From: the human T2T-CHM13v2.0 reference genome, Homo sapiens | Length of the DNA: 64,000 bases | Strand: one strand, 5' to 3' | NCBI RefSeq assembly: GCF_009914755.1 | Contig: NC_060926.1 | Shown here: positions 42,007-53,201 of the stretch, piece by piece | Numbering within the stretch: position 1 is the first letter of the stretch | How the letters are laid out: each line of letters begins with the position of its first letter | Position numbers and translations under genes: made by a program | The notes under the pieces: model-generated | Seen by the model: the letters and a program-made list of their open reading frames with translations, nothing else | Told to the model about the DNA's origin: nothing | Databases searched by the model: none

Positions 42007-45000
42007 TACTTATCTTTTGGATTTTCAGTTTGAAATCCCCAGACTTTTCACACTGATATCTGAGATGTTCTTCTGGGATGTCAGGGGTCATTCCAGGCCT
42101 TGACTCGAGTGTGATGAATCCAAGATTCCAGTCCCACAAACTTCACTGCCGAGCAGGTGGAGAGAAGGATGGTATAAGGTTCCTCCCAGCTGGGACCTAG
42201 AGAGGGGAAAAGAGAGGAAAAATCCTTCACCAGTACCAAGTCTCCTTGGTAGAACAGAGGTGGCCCTAGTTCTTGGGGTTGGAATTCTGATAACTGTTTT
42301 AATTCCTGCTAGAACTGGGCCAGGGAGGTTACATGTTTAACCAATTCAGAAGTTCTCTGATGTAATATAAAATCATTGGTAAGGAAAGGCCGTCCATATA
42401 CCATTTCAAAAGGGTGAAGGAACACCCCTTCAACCCCAAATTTGAAGGGGTGCTCCTCACCTGCACTAAGGCTATAGGAAGATAAGCAGTTTAGAGGAGG
42501 TGAGTTTCTTGAGACCACTTCCTGAGGTGTCTCTTAATGATATCATTTGTTTTCTCCACCTTCCCTGAAGACTGCAGTCTTCAAGCACAATGAAGATGGT
42601 ATTGTATGCTCAGTGCTTTTGAGACCCCTTGGGTAACAGCTGCCTTAAATGAGGGGCCATTGTCACTTTGGAGGTATTTAGGGAGTCCAAAACGAGGAAT
42701 TATTTCATTGACTAATGCTTTTATCACCTTAGAGGACTTTCTGTTTGACATAGAAATGCCTCTACCCAGCTAGTGAAGGCATCCACCCACAACAAGAGGT
42801 GCTGAATTCCCCTTATCTTTGGAAAATGGGTAAAATCCATTTGCCAGTCCTCCCCTGGGCAGTTTCCCATTCTTTGTGTTGCTGGGGATGGGGAGATGCC
42901 ATTTGTTGAGGGGATTGTTTTTGAGGCAGATCTTATAAGCATTAACAATTTGTTTGACTGTTTTTGGTAGATATTTACCTGAGAACAACCTCTGGGCTAT
43001 TTGATGAGTTTTATTCTTTCCCAAGTGAAAAGTTTGGTGAAGGATCTTAAGAACTTTCCACTGACTGGAGACTGACAAATAACATTTGCCATCCTCTGAT
43101 TGTAACCATCCTGAGGGCTGAAAAGTGTATCCTCGAGAGGTGGCCCATTCTATCTCTGCAGGAGAATACTGAGGCTTTATTTCCCTTATGGAGCCCTCCC
43201 AAATTAGACAGCCTTCAAGTGTGCTGGGACTTTGGGGTCTTCTTACTGCTGACTTAGCTGTTTGGTCTGCTAGCCTATTTCCTTCAGCTATTTCATCCAT
43301 CCCCTTCTGGTGTCCTTTGCAATGTATCATTGCCACTTCCTGCAGAAGGAAAACTGAGGACAACAATCTATTTCCTAATGGTATTTAATAAAAGAGCCAT
43401 TAGCAGTCAGGGAGTGTCTTTCTTTCCAAATAGCGGCATGAGCATGAAGAACCAGGAAAGCATACTTAGAATCCATATATATGTTAACTGCCTTAGCTTT
43501 GCTTAGTTCAAGCACCCTCATGACAGCAATTAACTCAGCTAATTGAGCACTGTACCTGGTGAAAGAGGTGTGCTTTTAATGATGTCATCCAGGGTGACTA
43601 TTGCATACCCTGCCCTACAGGTTCCTTGTTCTATAATAGAACTTTACCTGTAAAGACAGCCCAGTCTCAGTTTTCTAGAGGAGTTTCCTGGATGTCCTCT
43701 CTGGCTGCATAGGTTTGCATCACTATTTTTTCACAATCATGTTCAGGTTCTCCAATTTCATCTGGAAGGAAAGTGGCTGAGTTCAGGAAAGGACAGGCCT
43801 TTAACTGAACTGCAGATCCCTCCAGCAGCAAAACTTAATATTTGAGGAGGCGATTATCTGTTAGCCAGAGACTTCCTTTAGAGGATAACAGTCCCTTTAC
43901 ATTATAGGGGGTGTAAACAATCAGGTCATTCCTCATGCTCAACTTAGTCACTTCTGGCACCAGCAAAGCCACCACTGCAACTGTTCAGAGGCAAGCTGGC
44001 CATCCTTTAGCCATCAAGTCAAGTTCCTTGCTTAGGTTACTGGATGGCTGCTGGGCTGGGCCTCAGGCCTGAGTTAAGACTCCCAAAGCTATCCCCTTCC
44101 TTTCTGAGATGTGCAGATTAAATGCCCTCCCTATGGAAAGACTGAGGGTTGATGCTTTAAGTAAAGCTTGCTTTAGCTGTTTAAATGCCTTCTGAGCCTT
44201 AGGTTCCCAGATCAGGGAGTGAGTTTTAGCTATTGAGTTTCTTTTATAAGGTGATATGAAGGGTGAACTATTTCACTGTACCCAGGTATCCACAATCTGC
44301 AAAAAACCCCAAAATCCTCTTAGCTGTTTGAGGGTTTTGGGAAGGGGGAAGGAGGAAAGAGGCTGAATCCTCTTCTCATCTAATGTGCTGGTTCCTTCTG
44401 ATAAGACTAGACCTAGGTACCTTACCGAAGTTTGACAGAGCTGAACTTTAGATTTGGAAATTTTATATCCACTACCTGCTAGAAAATTAAGAAGAGCCTC
44501 AGTGCATTTTTGAGAAAGTCCCTCAGTTGGGACACAGAGGGGAATATCATCTACTTATTGTAAAACTTTAATCTGAGGATGAGAGAATTCAGAGAGGTGT
44601 TTTGATAATGCTTGCCCAAACAAGTGGGGGCTGTCTCTGAATCCCTGAGGCAGTACTGTCCAAGTCAACTTGGTAGCCTGATTGGAGGGATCCTCTAAAG
44701 CAAACAAGTATTGGGAGGTGCAATAGCATGCAGAAAAAGACTTCCTTTAGGTCCCACACTGTGAACCATTTATTTCCCTCAGGCATTTGAGTTAGCAAAG
44801 TATTAGGATTACAAACCACTGGATGGATTGGAATTACAGCTTCATTAATGAGATGGAGGTCCTGAACTAGTATCCATTCCCCACTGGGTTTCTGTACCCC
44901 TAATAGTGGAGTGTTACAAGGGTTGTTGCAAGGTCCAAGAAGGTCCTATGCCTTTAAATTATTAATGATGGCTTAAAGTCCTTGAGGGGGTACTGCATTA

Positions 45001-45492
45001 GGGGGTACTGCTTCTAGTTAGGGAAGGAGGTGGGATCCTTAAGGTGAATCTGGACCAGGATAGCAGTTGCAGCCTGACCAATTTTCCTGTGACTTGCCCA
45101 CACCTCTGGGCTAATATTGATTTCTACTAAGGGGAGACAAAGAATCTGTCCTGGAACCGTAAGGATGGTGGCTCCCATATGGGCTAGAATATCTCTAGTA
45201 AAAGACTGGGATGCTCAGGCATGATTAAAAAGGCATGAGTAAATAGCAATTCCCCCCTACTACAACCGAGGGGCTATGAAAAATATTGGGTTAAAGACTT
45301 TCCTTAGACATTCACCATGGTTGTGATATGGGAGGAGAGAAGGTCAGGACTGGAGAGGAGAACAGAGAGGCTGGCTCTGGTGTCCAGAAGGAAGTCTACC
45401 TTTCTCCTTTCTACGTCCAGAATCAACCAGGGATCCTGGATAGTAATGGCAGTTCGAGTTGCTGGAGCCAAGAAATTGAGCCCTAGGACCCA
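42007..45492 (-). pseudogene. ERV pro-pol pseudogene
   Basis: Protease VDFLLDTRA (~45380, DTG mutated); RT TVLPQGFRDSP (~44640) and *VDD (44557-44546); RNase H HCKGHQKG...GNRLAD; integrase EDWQMDFTH. Confidence 0.92.
42088..42196 (-). CDS. CMPK2: ERV-derived alternative terminal coding exon of CMPK2 (SQLGGTLYHPSLHLLGSEVCGTGILDSSHSSQGLE*)
   Basis: Acceptor TTTTTCCTCTCTTTTCCCCTCTCTAG|G lies in the integrase 3' region. Joined to a phase-2 CMPK2 donor it gives 35 open codons to TGA at 42090-42088. Consistent with my recollection of a 366-aa CMPK2 isoform. Confidence 0.7.
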
Positions 45493-46886
45493 TTAGTCCT
45501 GCTGGACCATCTGGGAGACTGGCTCTGGACCTAGCAACCTATATCTCCAGGGACAGTTTGACTTCCAGTTGTCTCCACCACAGGGTGGACAGGGTTGAGG
45601 TGGCTTCTTCTTGCTGTCTGGGCAACCCCTTTTAAGTGCCCCAGTTTGCCACAGTGGTAGTGATTAGCAAATGCACCTGGGGGATTCTGGATTTTATAGG
45701 CCTCTAATGTGACCAGTAGAGCCTCTGTTTTTTCTCATATTTCCTCTTCTTCTCCTGGGCTTCCTCCTGGACTCTATTGTAAAAGACCAAAGTAGCCACT
45801 TTCAAGAGGTTCTCTAGAGTACTATCTGGACCTATGGCCAGTTTCTGCAACTTCCTTTTGATATCGGGGCTGCCTGGGTAATAAACTTGTCTTTTAAGAT
45901 TAGCTTTCCGTCAACTGAATCAGGAGATAGGGAGATATGTTTCACTAATGCCTCTCTCAGCCTTTCTATAAACGCTGAGAAATTTTCATCTGGTTTTTGA
46001 TCTATCATGGACAACTTACAATAATTAAGAGGTTTGGTACTTGTCCTTCTCAAGCCTTCCAGTATGCACATCCAAAAGTGTTTTCTATTCAACTCATCTA
46101 TGGGATCATTGGCATTCCAACTGGGATTTTCAAGGAATACTGCCTCCCTCCCTATTGGTAATAGAGATTCTGCCACTTGTTCACCTTCTTTTTCTCTTTT
46201 GCTCTCCCTTCTTTTAGACTTCTTATCTTCCAGACTTTTAGACTGGCTATAGGAGATACATTGTTCATCTCTGAATGTTTCTGCTTCCTGTTAGGTTTTG
46301 GCTTAAAAGTAGCATAGCATCTCTCCATGTAAGATAAAACACTTACGTTAAATTTTGGAAAGACTCTATACATCTATTAGGGTCATCAGAGAACCTGTCC
46401 AAAGTTGGGAATTCCTTAAGTGGCACAACCAGAGGAACTAATGATTTGGCTATTGGGAGCCCTGAATAAGTGAGGCAGGTAGGGCACCCAGAAGTTGCAT
46501 TTGAGGATTCCCCAAAGGGTTTGACTCTCTGATTTTGGGGAAGTATCTTTTGTAGCCTTGTCTGACATGGCTGCCAAGAGTGTGGGGTCAACTGTACAAT
46601 GCTTACAAAGATTTGGGTTGTCTCGCAGGGCAAAGAAAGCTTGTATATAGTAAACCTTGGACCATTTACCCTCCTGCCTACAGAAAATATCTAGTTGTTG
46701 AATAGTATATAAAAAAAGACTTCCCTCAGAAAGCCAGGTTTTTTCATCCCCAAGATGGTAAAAAGGCCATGTCCTTGTACAATAGAATATGAGCCATTTT
46801 ATCATCAGAACCTCAGCATCAAAGGAGTTCCAGTGATTCAGAATGCACTCGAGGAGATTACAGACTGCAGATGGTTTGTTACCCAT
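45493..46886 (-). pseudogene. ERV gag pseudogene
   Basis: HERV-W/9-like MA start MGNKPSAVCNLLECILNHW; capsid/MHR segment DQKPDENFSAFIERLREAL; two degenerate zinc knuckles (..HCGKLGH.. and CPPCGGDNWKSNC); ends QQD-TAA. Frameshifted. Confidence 0.9.
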
Positions 46887-48383
46887 CTAATAAGAGATGG
46901 GAGACAAGGCATCCCTCAGTCCCCTTCCTCCTCTCTGCGTTACCCAGGGTGGAGGGAAAGAGAGAAAAGGCATTCCTCTTCTCCTTCCTTCTCTCCTCTG
47001 GGTCCCTGCAGCCATCATAGGTGCCGCCCCATGGATGCAAGCATATCCTTCACCCATGGATCCAGAGGAGCCAGTAGGGCAGGACTAGTCATGCTCACCT
47101 GCATAAGGCTCTAGCTTTCTGCCCTGCTGGATTCCTAGACCCACTCAACCCAAAAGGCTCCCAAAGTACCCTAAGAGGCCTAGGAGAGATTCTGTAGTAG
47201 TTGGGTTTGGGCAAGACTCTTTAATGCAGGGAATGTCCTAATACCATCTGTGGCTTCCCTTGCTATAGCCCCAGTGAAAAATCAGAATTCCACAGAATGG
47301 GACTGATTAACTTCCAAACATAAAATTCCTTTTTTAAAAAATCCCATTGTAGTTGAATGCAGAACAGGTGCCTCAAATGAGCATAAGAATTGAATGGCTG
47401 CCATTCCTTTGATGGGGAGAGTATTGAAGCTAAGATTTGTCTTATCAGGATGGCTACCTCCCAGCTGTTGAAAGTGGAGATTTTTTTTGTTGTTTGGTCT
47501 ACAAATAGGACATGGGCTCTGATCACTGATAGAGGAACGTAAAAGGGAAAAGAATTGGGAAACAAGGAGTTTGGGGCAGAGGGATGATAAGGCTCCCCAG
47601 GGAGAAAAATTCCTTTCCACTAGGTGGCATTGTAGGGTTAGAAATGTTAGGTAAAAACTCTGACTCCAAATTCTTTTCAGGCAAAAGTTAGAAAGAGAGA
47701 TTTGGGGTTTGATAGGTTGCCCCCATAGCAAGCCCAGACCGTAAGAAAATTAACTTCTCTCATAAAAGAACTGTTTAAATTCACTGGACAATGCTGAGCT
47801 ATTATATGGAGGAAAAAAACAACCCAAAAGGAGACGAGGATATTCACTCGGGGTGAAAGATCCTCCCATATGGTGCCATGAATGTCTATTATTGAGGGAT
47901 AGAAAGGCCCTTACTAGGTGAAAATTTAGACTGAAGTCTTGAATTCCCTGTTTCCAGGAAATCACAAAAACAACAACTCTTTGAATTACATTCTTGATTA
48001 TTAAGATACCAACTAACTCTACTCCGCAAGATTATATCCCTAGGTTACAAAAACACCCACAACATTGCATAGAAAGAAGAGGTTGGAGACATGATAGCCA
48101 CAAGAAGAAAGAAGGAAAATGCAATAGGAAAAGATTGCAAGTCTTTGTGCTGACTCCCTGATGGGCTGTAGGGGACTGGAGTTAGTCCAAGGGCCTTCAG
48201 ATAACACTGAGGGGGTAGCCCCAGCCAGAAACCTTCAGTTGCCCTGGGACCTTCCAATCCCACATGATGGCTAGGCCCTCTGTGAAAGCAAACTAGACTG
48301 GAATAGACAAGAAGCCTCAGAAATGCAAGTAAAGGTGAAAGTTAAAGGTCAACTCTTAATCATCCTTCTGATGAATTCCCTTC

Positions 48384-48401
48384 TTCCCAGCCAATGCACC
48401 A
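48384..48401 (-). promoter_or_regulatory. Primer-binding site complementary to tRNA-Gly
   Basis: TGGTGCATTGGCTGGGAA versus TGGTGCATTGGCCGGGAA, the complement of the tRNA-Gly 3' end plus CCA: 17/18 match. Confidence 0.85.
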
Positions 48402-48433
48402 AAATGTGTTGTAATCTTACCAATGCACCAAGA

Positions 48434-49182
48434 TGTAACAGTCTCCCGTTGTCTGAGATAATATCCAGAGTTCTTTGTCCTAATTCCAAGAAGATTAAGG
48501 AGTGCAGACAACAAGGGTGAAGTTGGAGTGAAACTTTAATAAGCGAAAAAAGAAAGCTCTCTGCCAGCAGAAGGGGGAGCTCTAATGGGGTGCCCACTAT
48601 GAGGCCAGTTGTGGGGGTTTTACGGGCTGGAAAGGGGAATGAATGTGCTTAGTCTACCGGCTGTCTTGGAGAAGGCATGACTCAGCTTGGCCAGGCACCC
48701 TGGCCCAGGACCAATCAGAAAGCCTGGCCTAGGACCTTTGCCTGGGACCAATCAGGGGCTGAAGTTATGATTCACAGAGGCCAGACTCACAGTCCAAAAA
48801 CTGGCAAGGAAAGTGCCCACTGGAACTAACTGGAGCCCACTGTGCCCACGCCCACAAAAGGAGAAAAAAACTTTTTCCTGGGAGCCTGCTGACTATACAA
48901 AGGACAAAGGTGTTTTTATGCCAGGACTTGTTCCCTCATCTGAGTGAGCCAGAGGTTTGTGCAAGCTTTTATCTGAATGGGCCAGAGGCTCTCCTATCTG
49001 TGCAGCCGTAGGCATGTCTCCAGGCACAACACCCTGTGCTAGTTCCCTTATCAGTGCCTGCAGCTTGATTTTTTCCCCAGGCTGCTTTTTACATTATGTG
49101 GGGTGAGGCACTGACTGGTGGGCCGAGGGCTCTCTGGGGACCCTTCCCTTGCTATTTACCTAAGGCAAGCTAATTCCTTTTA
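48434..49182 (-). mobile_element. 5' LTR (~750 bp, LTR27/MER61-like)
   Basis: The minus strand begins TAAAAGGAATTAGCTTGCCTTAGG and ends GACTGTTACA directly before the PBS. It contains two CCAAT boxes (48711, 48748), AP-1 TGACTCA (48678-48684) and ATTAAA (48540-48535). Confidence 0.8.
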
Positions 49183-49834
49183 GTGTCATCCTCATCTCTT
49201 GGTCCTTAGATGGCTATCACCTCTGAATACAGCCGATATGAAGAGTTAAAGGGGAAAGTGATAATATCCCCTTGACATTTCAGGTATTCCTTCTGCTCAC
49301 ATACTATTGGCAAGAAACTAGCCAGTCGCCCACCTCCAGCTGTTAAGGGAGCCTTGGAAATGCACTAGGAATTATTGGCACCCATGTACCAAGCTAAATA
49401 TTACATTACCATGGAAGAAAGGAAGAATAAATTTTGGGGTAACTAATGGTCTATCACAGGAACAAAACCAAAGCTCGTCTTGCAATGAGCAGAGCCAAGC
49501 AAAGGGTTACTTGCCATCAGTTTTAGGGTAGGAGGTGCTATTTTACAAAATACTCGTAAGTCATATATACCTATCAGTATATAAAAAGTCCAGGTGTAAA
49601 AAGAATGAATTACAAAATGTCTTTAATATTTGTAATGAGGAAATGATATGTAAAATAAAACAATAGCCCTCCCCTTTCTCTGAAAGCACTCTGACCACAA
49701 ATTCCACTTAGCCTGCCAGCTCACACCTTTCAACTTCCTTTACCAAAATTTCCCTCCTTTACATCACAATATTAAAAGGGGAATCTGAGAAAGCACTTTT
49801 CAGACAAATCAATATGTACCCAGGATGACAGCAT

Positions 49835-51367
49835 AGATTAGTAAACCACAGCAAAGTTTATTCATGTGCCAGGGACATAAAGATACATTAATTGTTTGTT
49901 TTTCTAGGCTGCCAGTATAAGCTTTTCAAAATGTTTAAAGTAAATAAAACCAATAATACAGCTAGATACCACATTGCAAAGAACCCTAATGCTATTTATC
50001 AGCTTTAAAATACTTTCAACTGAAATCAATTACATTTTAATATACACATATTATATAGAAATTACCTATAGCTCTTTTAAAAATCCTATGACATTAACAT
50101 GAAACTTTATTAGAATTTAAGATTCTATATGCAGACCTGATAAAGCCTTAAATTTAATTATTTTGGAGTAATGTCTTCTTAAGAAATGGTAGATAGGATA
50201 AAATAATTTACAGATTTATCTGCCTTTGAACTGGAAGGAATTTTAGGTAATCACCTGGTTCAACCTACTCCCTAAAGTCACACAGCTCTATAATTTCCCC
50301 CTCACTCAGCTACTTTTTTCTGTCTAAAGATATGTCAAAGCGATTTCATATGTAATCATGAGACATTCAAGTGCAAGATAATTTACCAAGAAATCCCACT
50401 CCAAGATCCACTGTACTTATTTAACAAGACAAATTAAGTTTGTGTAATGAAAATACACAACAAACATTGCATTTAGCGTTTTGACTCCACTTTTAATTAA
50501 TGAATCATAGCTCCTATGCTGAGGAAACATATTATGTATAGATTAATATAAATAAATTACTGGATTGGCTAAATGAAATGCATCCAGTTCAATGGAAAAT
50601 GTGCATTCTATTCAGAGCCATACTTTAGAAAAAAAGAAAAGAAATATAAATAAGCAAAATATAATTCAGAGAAGGTTGGTATATTTGCAGTTGGAGCATC
50701 TTGGCTTGAATGTCTTTATATATGACTCAGAAGCCTATCAAAAGGGCTCTGAGCCTCAGACACAAGATCAATGCCTTCTTTGTAAGTGTTCCTTACCCAA
50801 AAATGGCTCTGCAGGAGTGTCCTTGGGCAGCCAGGACACATAGACAGCCTCTGCAGGAACACTTGGCTCTAGAATTTGGGACTGAGGGAGATGCAGCGAG
50901 CCCATCATGACGAGTGCAACCAGATGTGGAAGAAGCCAATGTGGGCATGTCACGATCTCATCAGCATGCCAGTGTAGGAGAAGCAGAGGCTCCGGGGTCT
51001 CCCTGCTGATCTGGAAGATCTTGTCTGCTGCTTCTGTACACCTGGTGCTGTCTGAGTAAGACAGGTCTTCCAGATATTTGGTAGTGATTAAGTGAAACAT
51101 ATGTTCCAAGAAAATGTTTACTATGCCAGGAAGAAAGCAATCGCTGGCCTCTCACTGGAACATGATGAGAGGGACCTTTGTGATGACGGGTCCATCAGTC
51201 AGAAGAGGGTACGATGGCTGAAGTAAAATTAAGATGCCTGGTCTCCAGTTTTCTGCCACACAACATGCTTGTAGAACAGAAATTTGGGAACACTGCATAA
51301 CAAATGGTGGATGTAGATGTTTCAAACAACATCTAATCTAGTTAGACGTGGCACCTGGCCAGAGTAA
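49835..51367 (-). other. CMPK2: CMPK2 3'UTR (~1.5 kb)
   Basis: Follows the stop codon and is AU-rich in its distal half. AATAAA on the minus strand at 50111-50106 and 49862-49857. The exact cleavage site is inferred. Confidence 0.8.
49857..49862 (-). terminator. Main CMPK2 polyadenylation signal AATAAA
   Basis: tttatt on the + strand, ~1.5 kb after the stop, with GT/T-rich sequence downstream on the minus strand. Confidence 0.7.
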
Positions 51368-51491
51368 CTACGGTTCACTAAAACTATTCTGGATTAGGCT
51401 TAATACCGTCTGCAGGACCTTTTCTCTGGAGGGGCTGGCATCAACCACATGGCAGCCAGGATTCTCCATCCGCTGGTAGGACATTTCTACC
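51368..51491 (-). CDS. CMPK2: CMPK2 terminal coding exon 5
   Basis: TGTCCCCAG|G acceptor. Translates (K)VEMSYQRMENPGCHVVDASPSREKVLQTVLSLIQNSFSEP with TAG at 51370-51368. Confidence 0.96.
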
Positions 51492-52967
51492 CTGGGGACA
51501 GGCAAAACACAAAGAGTTGGTCTACTTTTTCACACAGCTATTTGCATTAATGTTCTTTTCCTACCATAGTATAAATAGCTTGAAGCAAGCTTCCCATGTC
51601 ATTTATCTCACTGTAACTAGCTTTGCCCACAGAAGACGTTCATGCATTTTGTTTAACAAATAATAAATGAATAATAATGTTTAATAGCTAGCACTTGTTG
51701 AATACCTGTTTTCTGCCAAGCATTAGCATTTTGCATGATTTTTCTCATTTAATTCTCAAAGTAACCTTAGGAGGGAAGACTATTGTCATCCCTGTTTTGC
51801 AGAGAAGGCAACTGAAGCTCAAAGAATTTAGGTAATTTGTTCAGTGGCAAATTTCCCCCAAGTCTGTGCCCTGAATAATTTTCATACAAGCCACAGTCCT
51901 TAATATATGCATGGGACTCTTCTAATATTTTGCCAGAAATCTACATATCCTTTCCATGCTAGCTAGCCTTCATGTGTATACAGAGTGACTAGTGCCTGTT
52001 TCTTTATGGAATCCTTATAGCACTGTGGTTAAAATAGGGGTGTCGAGGTGGATCGTCTGCATTCACAACTCTGCCTGACCACTTCCTAGCCAAGTGAATT
52101 GGTCAAATCTCTTCTCCTCTCTGTGTCTCAGTTTCCTGTTCTGCAAAATGAAGACTGAAACCGTACCTTCCTTGCAAATGTTCACTGAAGTTTAATGGAA
52201 TTAATACAAGTAAATTGCTTAACATAATATCTTTACCCACAGCAGCTACCATTATTTATAACATTACTATGTTATGATAACAGGGCTATCATTGTTCAGT
52301 TAGAGAAAATATTTCTGCTTCAGTTTTTAAAGGCAGTGGTGTAGAACTGATTCATACTCAGTCATGAGGCAGGAGGCCTGGCCAGACTCTCTTCTGCAGT
52401 CGTGTTTATAACTTTCTAATTAAAACAAAAACACTGGCTGCAAAATCAGAAAGATTTTAATCCCGGTTTTACTAGTGAATAGTTATGTACATTTAGACAA
52501 ATCACTTAATCCTTTGAGCCTTAAAGTTGTAAACTGTAAAATACGGCTAATGTTTTCCTCACAAGGATGACATAACATCAGTAAAATGCCTGACACACGG
52601 GAAGCATCTAATAGGTAGATGTTACTATGAGCTCGTTATCTAGTGCTCTGTGTGATTATACTATGACTGGGGAAACTGAGGCACAGAGACACTTACTGTC
52701 TTACCCAGGTGCAGCTGCTCCTAGCACAGCCAGGATCAGTGGCAGGGTCTGATCCCTAGTCCGATGACCTTTGCTTTAAGATAACAATGCTGCAGCCCTG
52801 TGGTGACAAGCCCATTGGAAGGGGCTGAAGTAACTTAGAGGATGTTGTCTCTTGTGTTTGAAAACTGGAAACAATATCACTTCCTCACAATCCTAAAGCC
52901 AGTGCCAGTGGTTCATCTCCCTTCAGGAATGCCTGCCGCTCACATTGCATTGCACTGGGACACCTAC

Positions 52968-53201
52968 TTTTGACGAAACACACTGTTGGCCTCAAGTTCT
53001 GCTTCTTCCCTGGTCTTCTCCATGCCCCGGCCCTGCAGCCTCTGCAACCTCTCCTCAGGACTCACAGTGAGCAGCAGGATAAGGTCAGGTTTGAGCAGGT
53101 CCTCTGGCCACTGGTACACAGGGTGATGGGCTGGGGGCAGGTGCTGGAGACCCCCACTCACCTCAGTGGCTATGGCATAGGTGGCCGTGCTGTGCCAGTA
53201 C
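52968..53201 (-). CDS. CMPK2: CMPK2 coding exon 4 (234 bp)
   Basis: CTCAG|G acceptor, then YWHSTATYAIATEVSGG...EANSVFRQ, then AA|GTAGGT donor. The phase matches the previous exon (AG|G = Arg of the DRY motif). Confidence 0.97.

Larger units (their letters stand above)
39878..49182 (-). mobile_element. Decayed class I (gamma-like) endogenous retrovirus, probably HUERS-P3/MER61/LTR27-related; 3' LTR absent
   Basis: LTR, PBS, gag, pro, RT, RNase H, IN and env motifs all occur in the correct order on the minus strand, with many stops and frameshifts. Confidence 0.93.

Noticed and set aside
42770-43366. 198-aa ORF, the longest in the window
   Set aside because: Fragment of ERV RNase H/integrase in a pol with mutated catalytic motifs (DTR, *VDD). 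No evidence of an independent gene.
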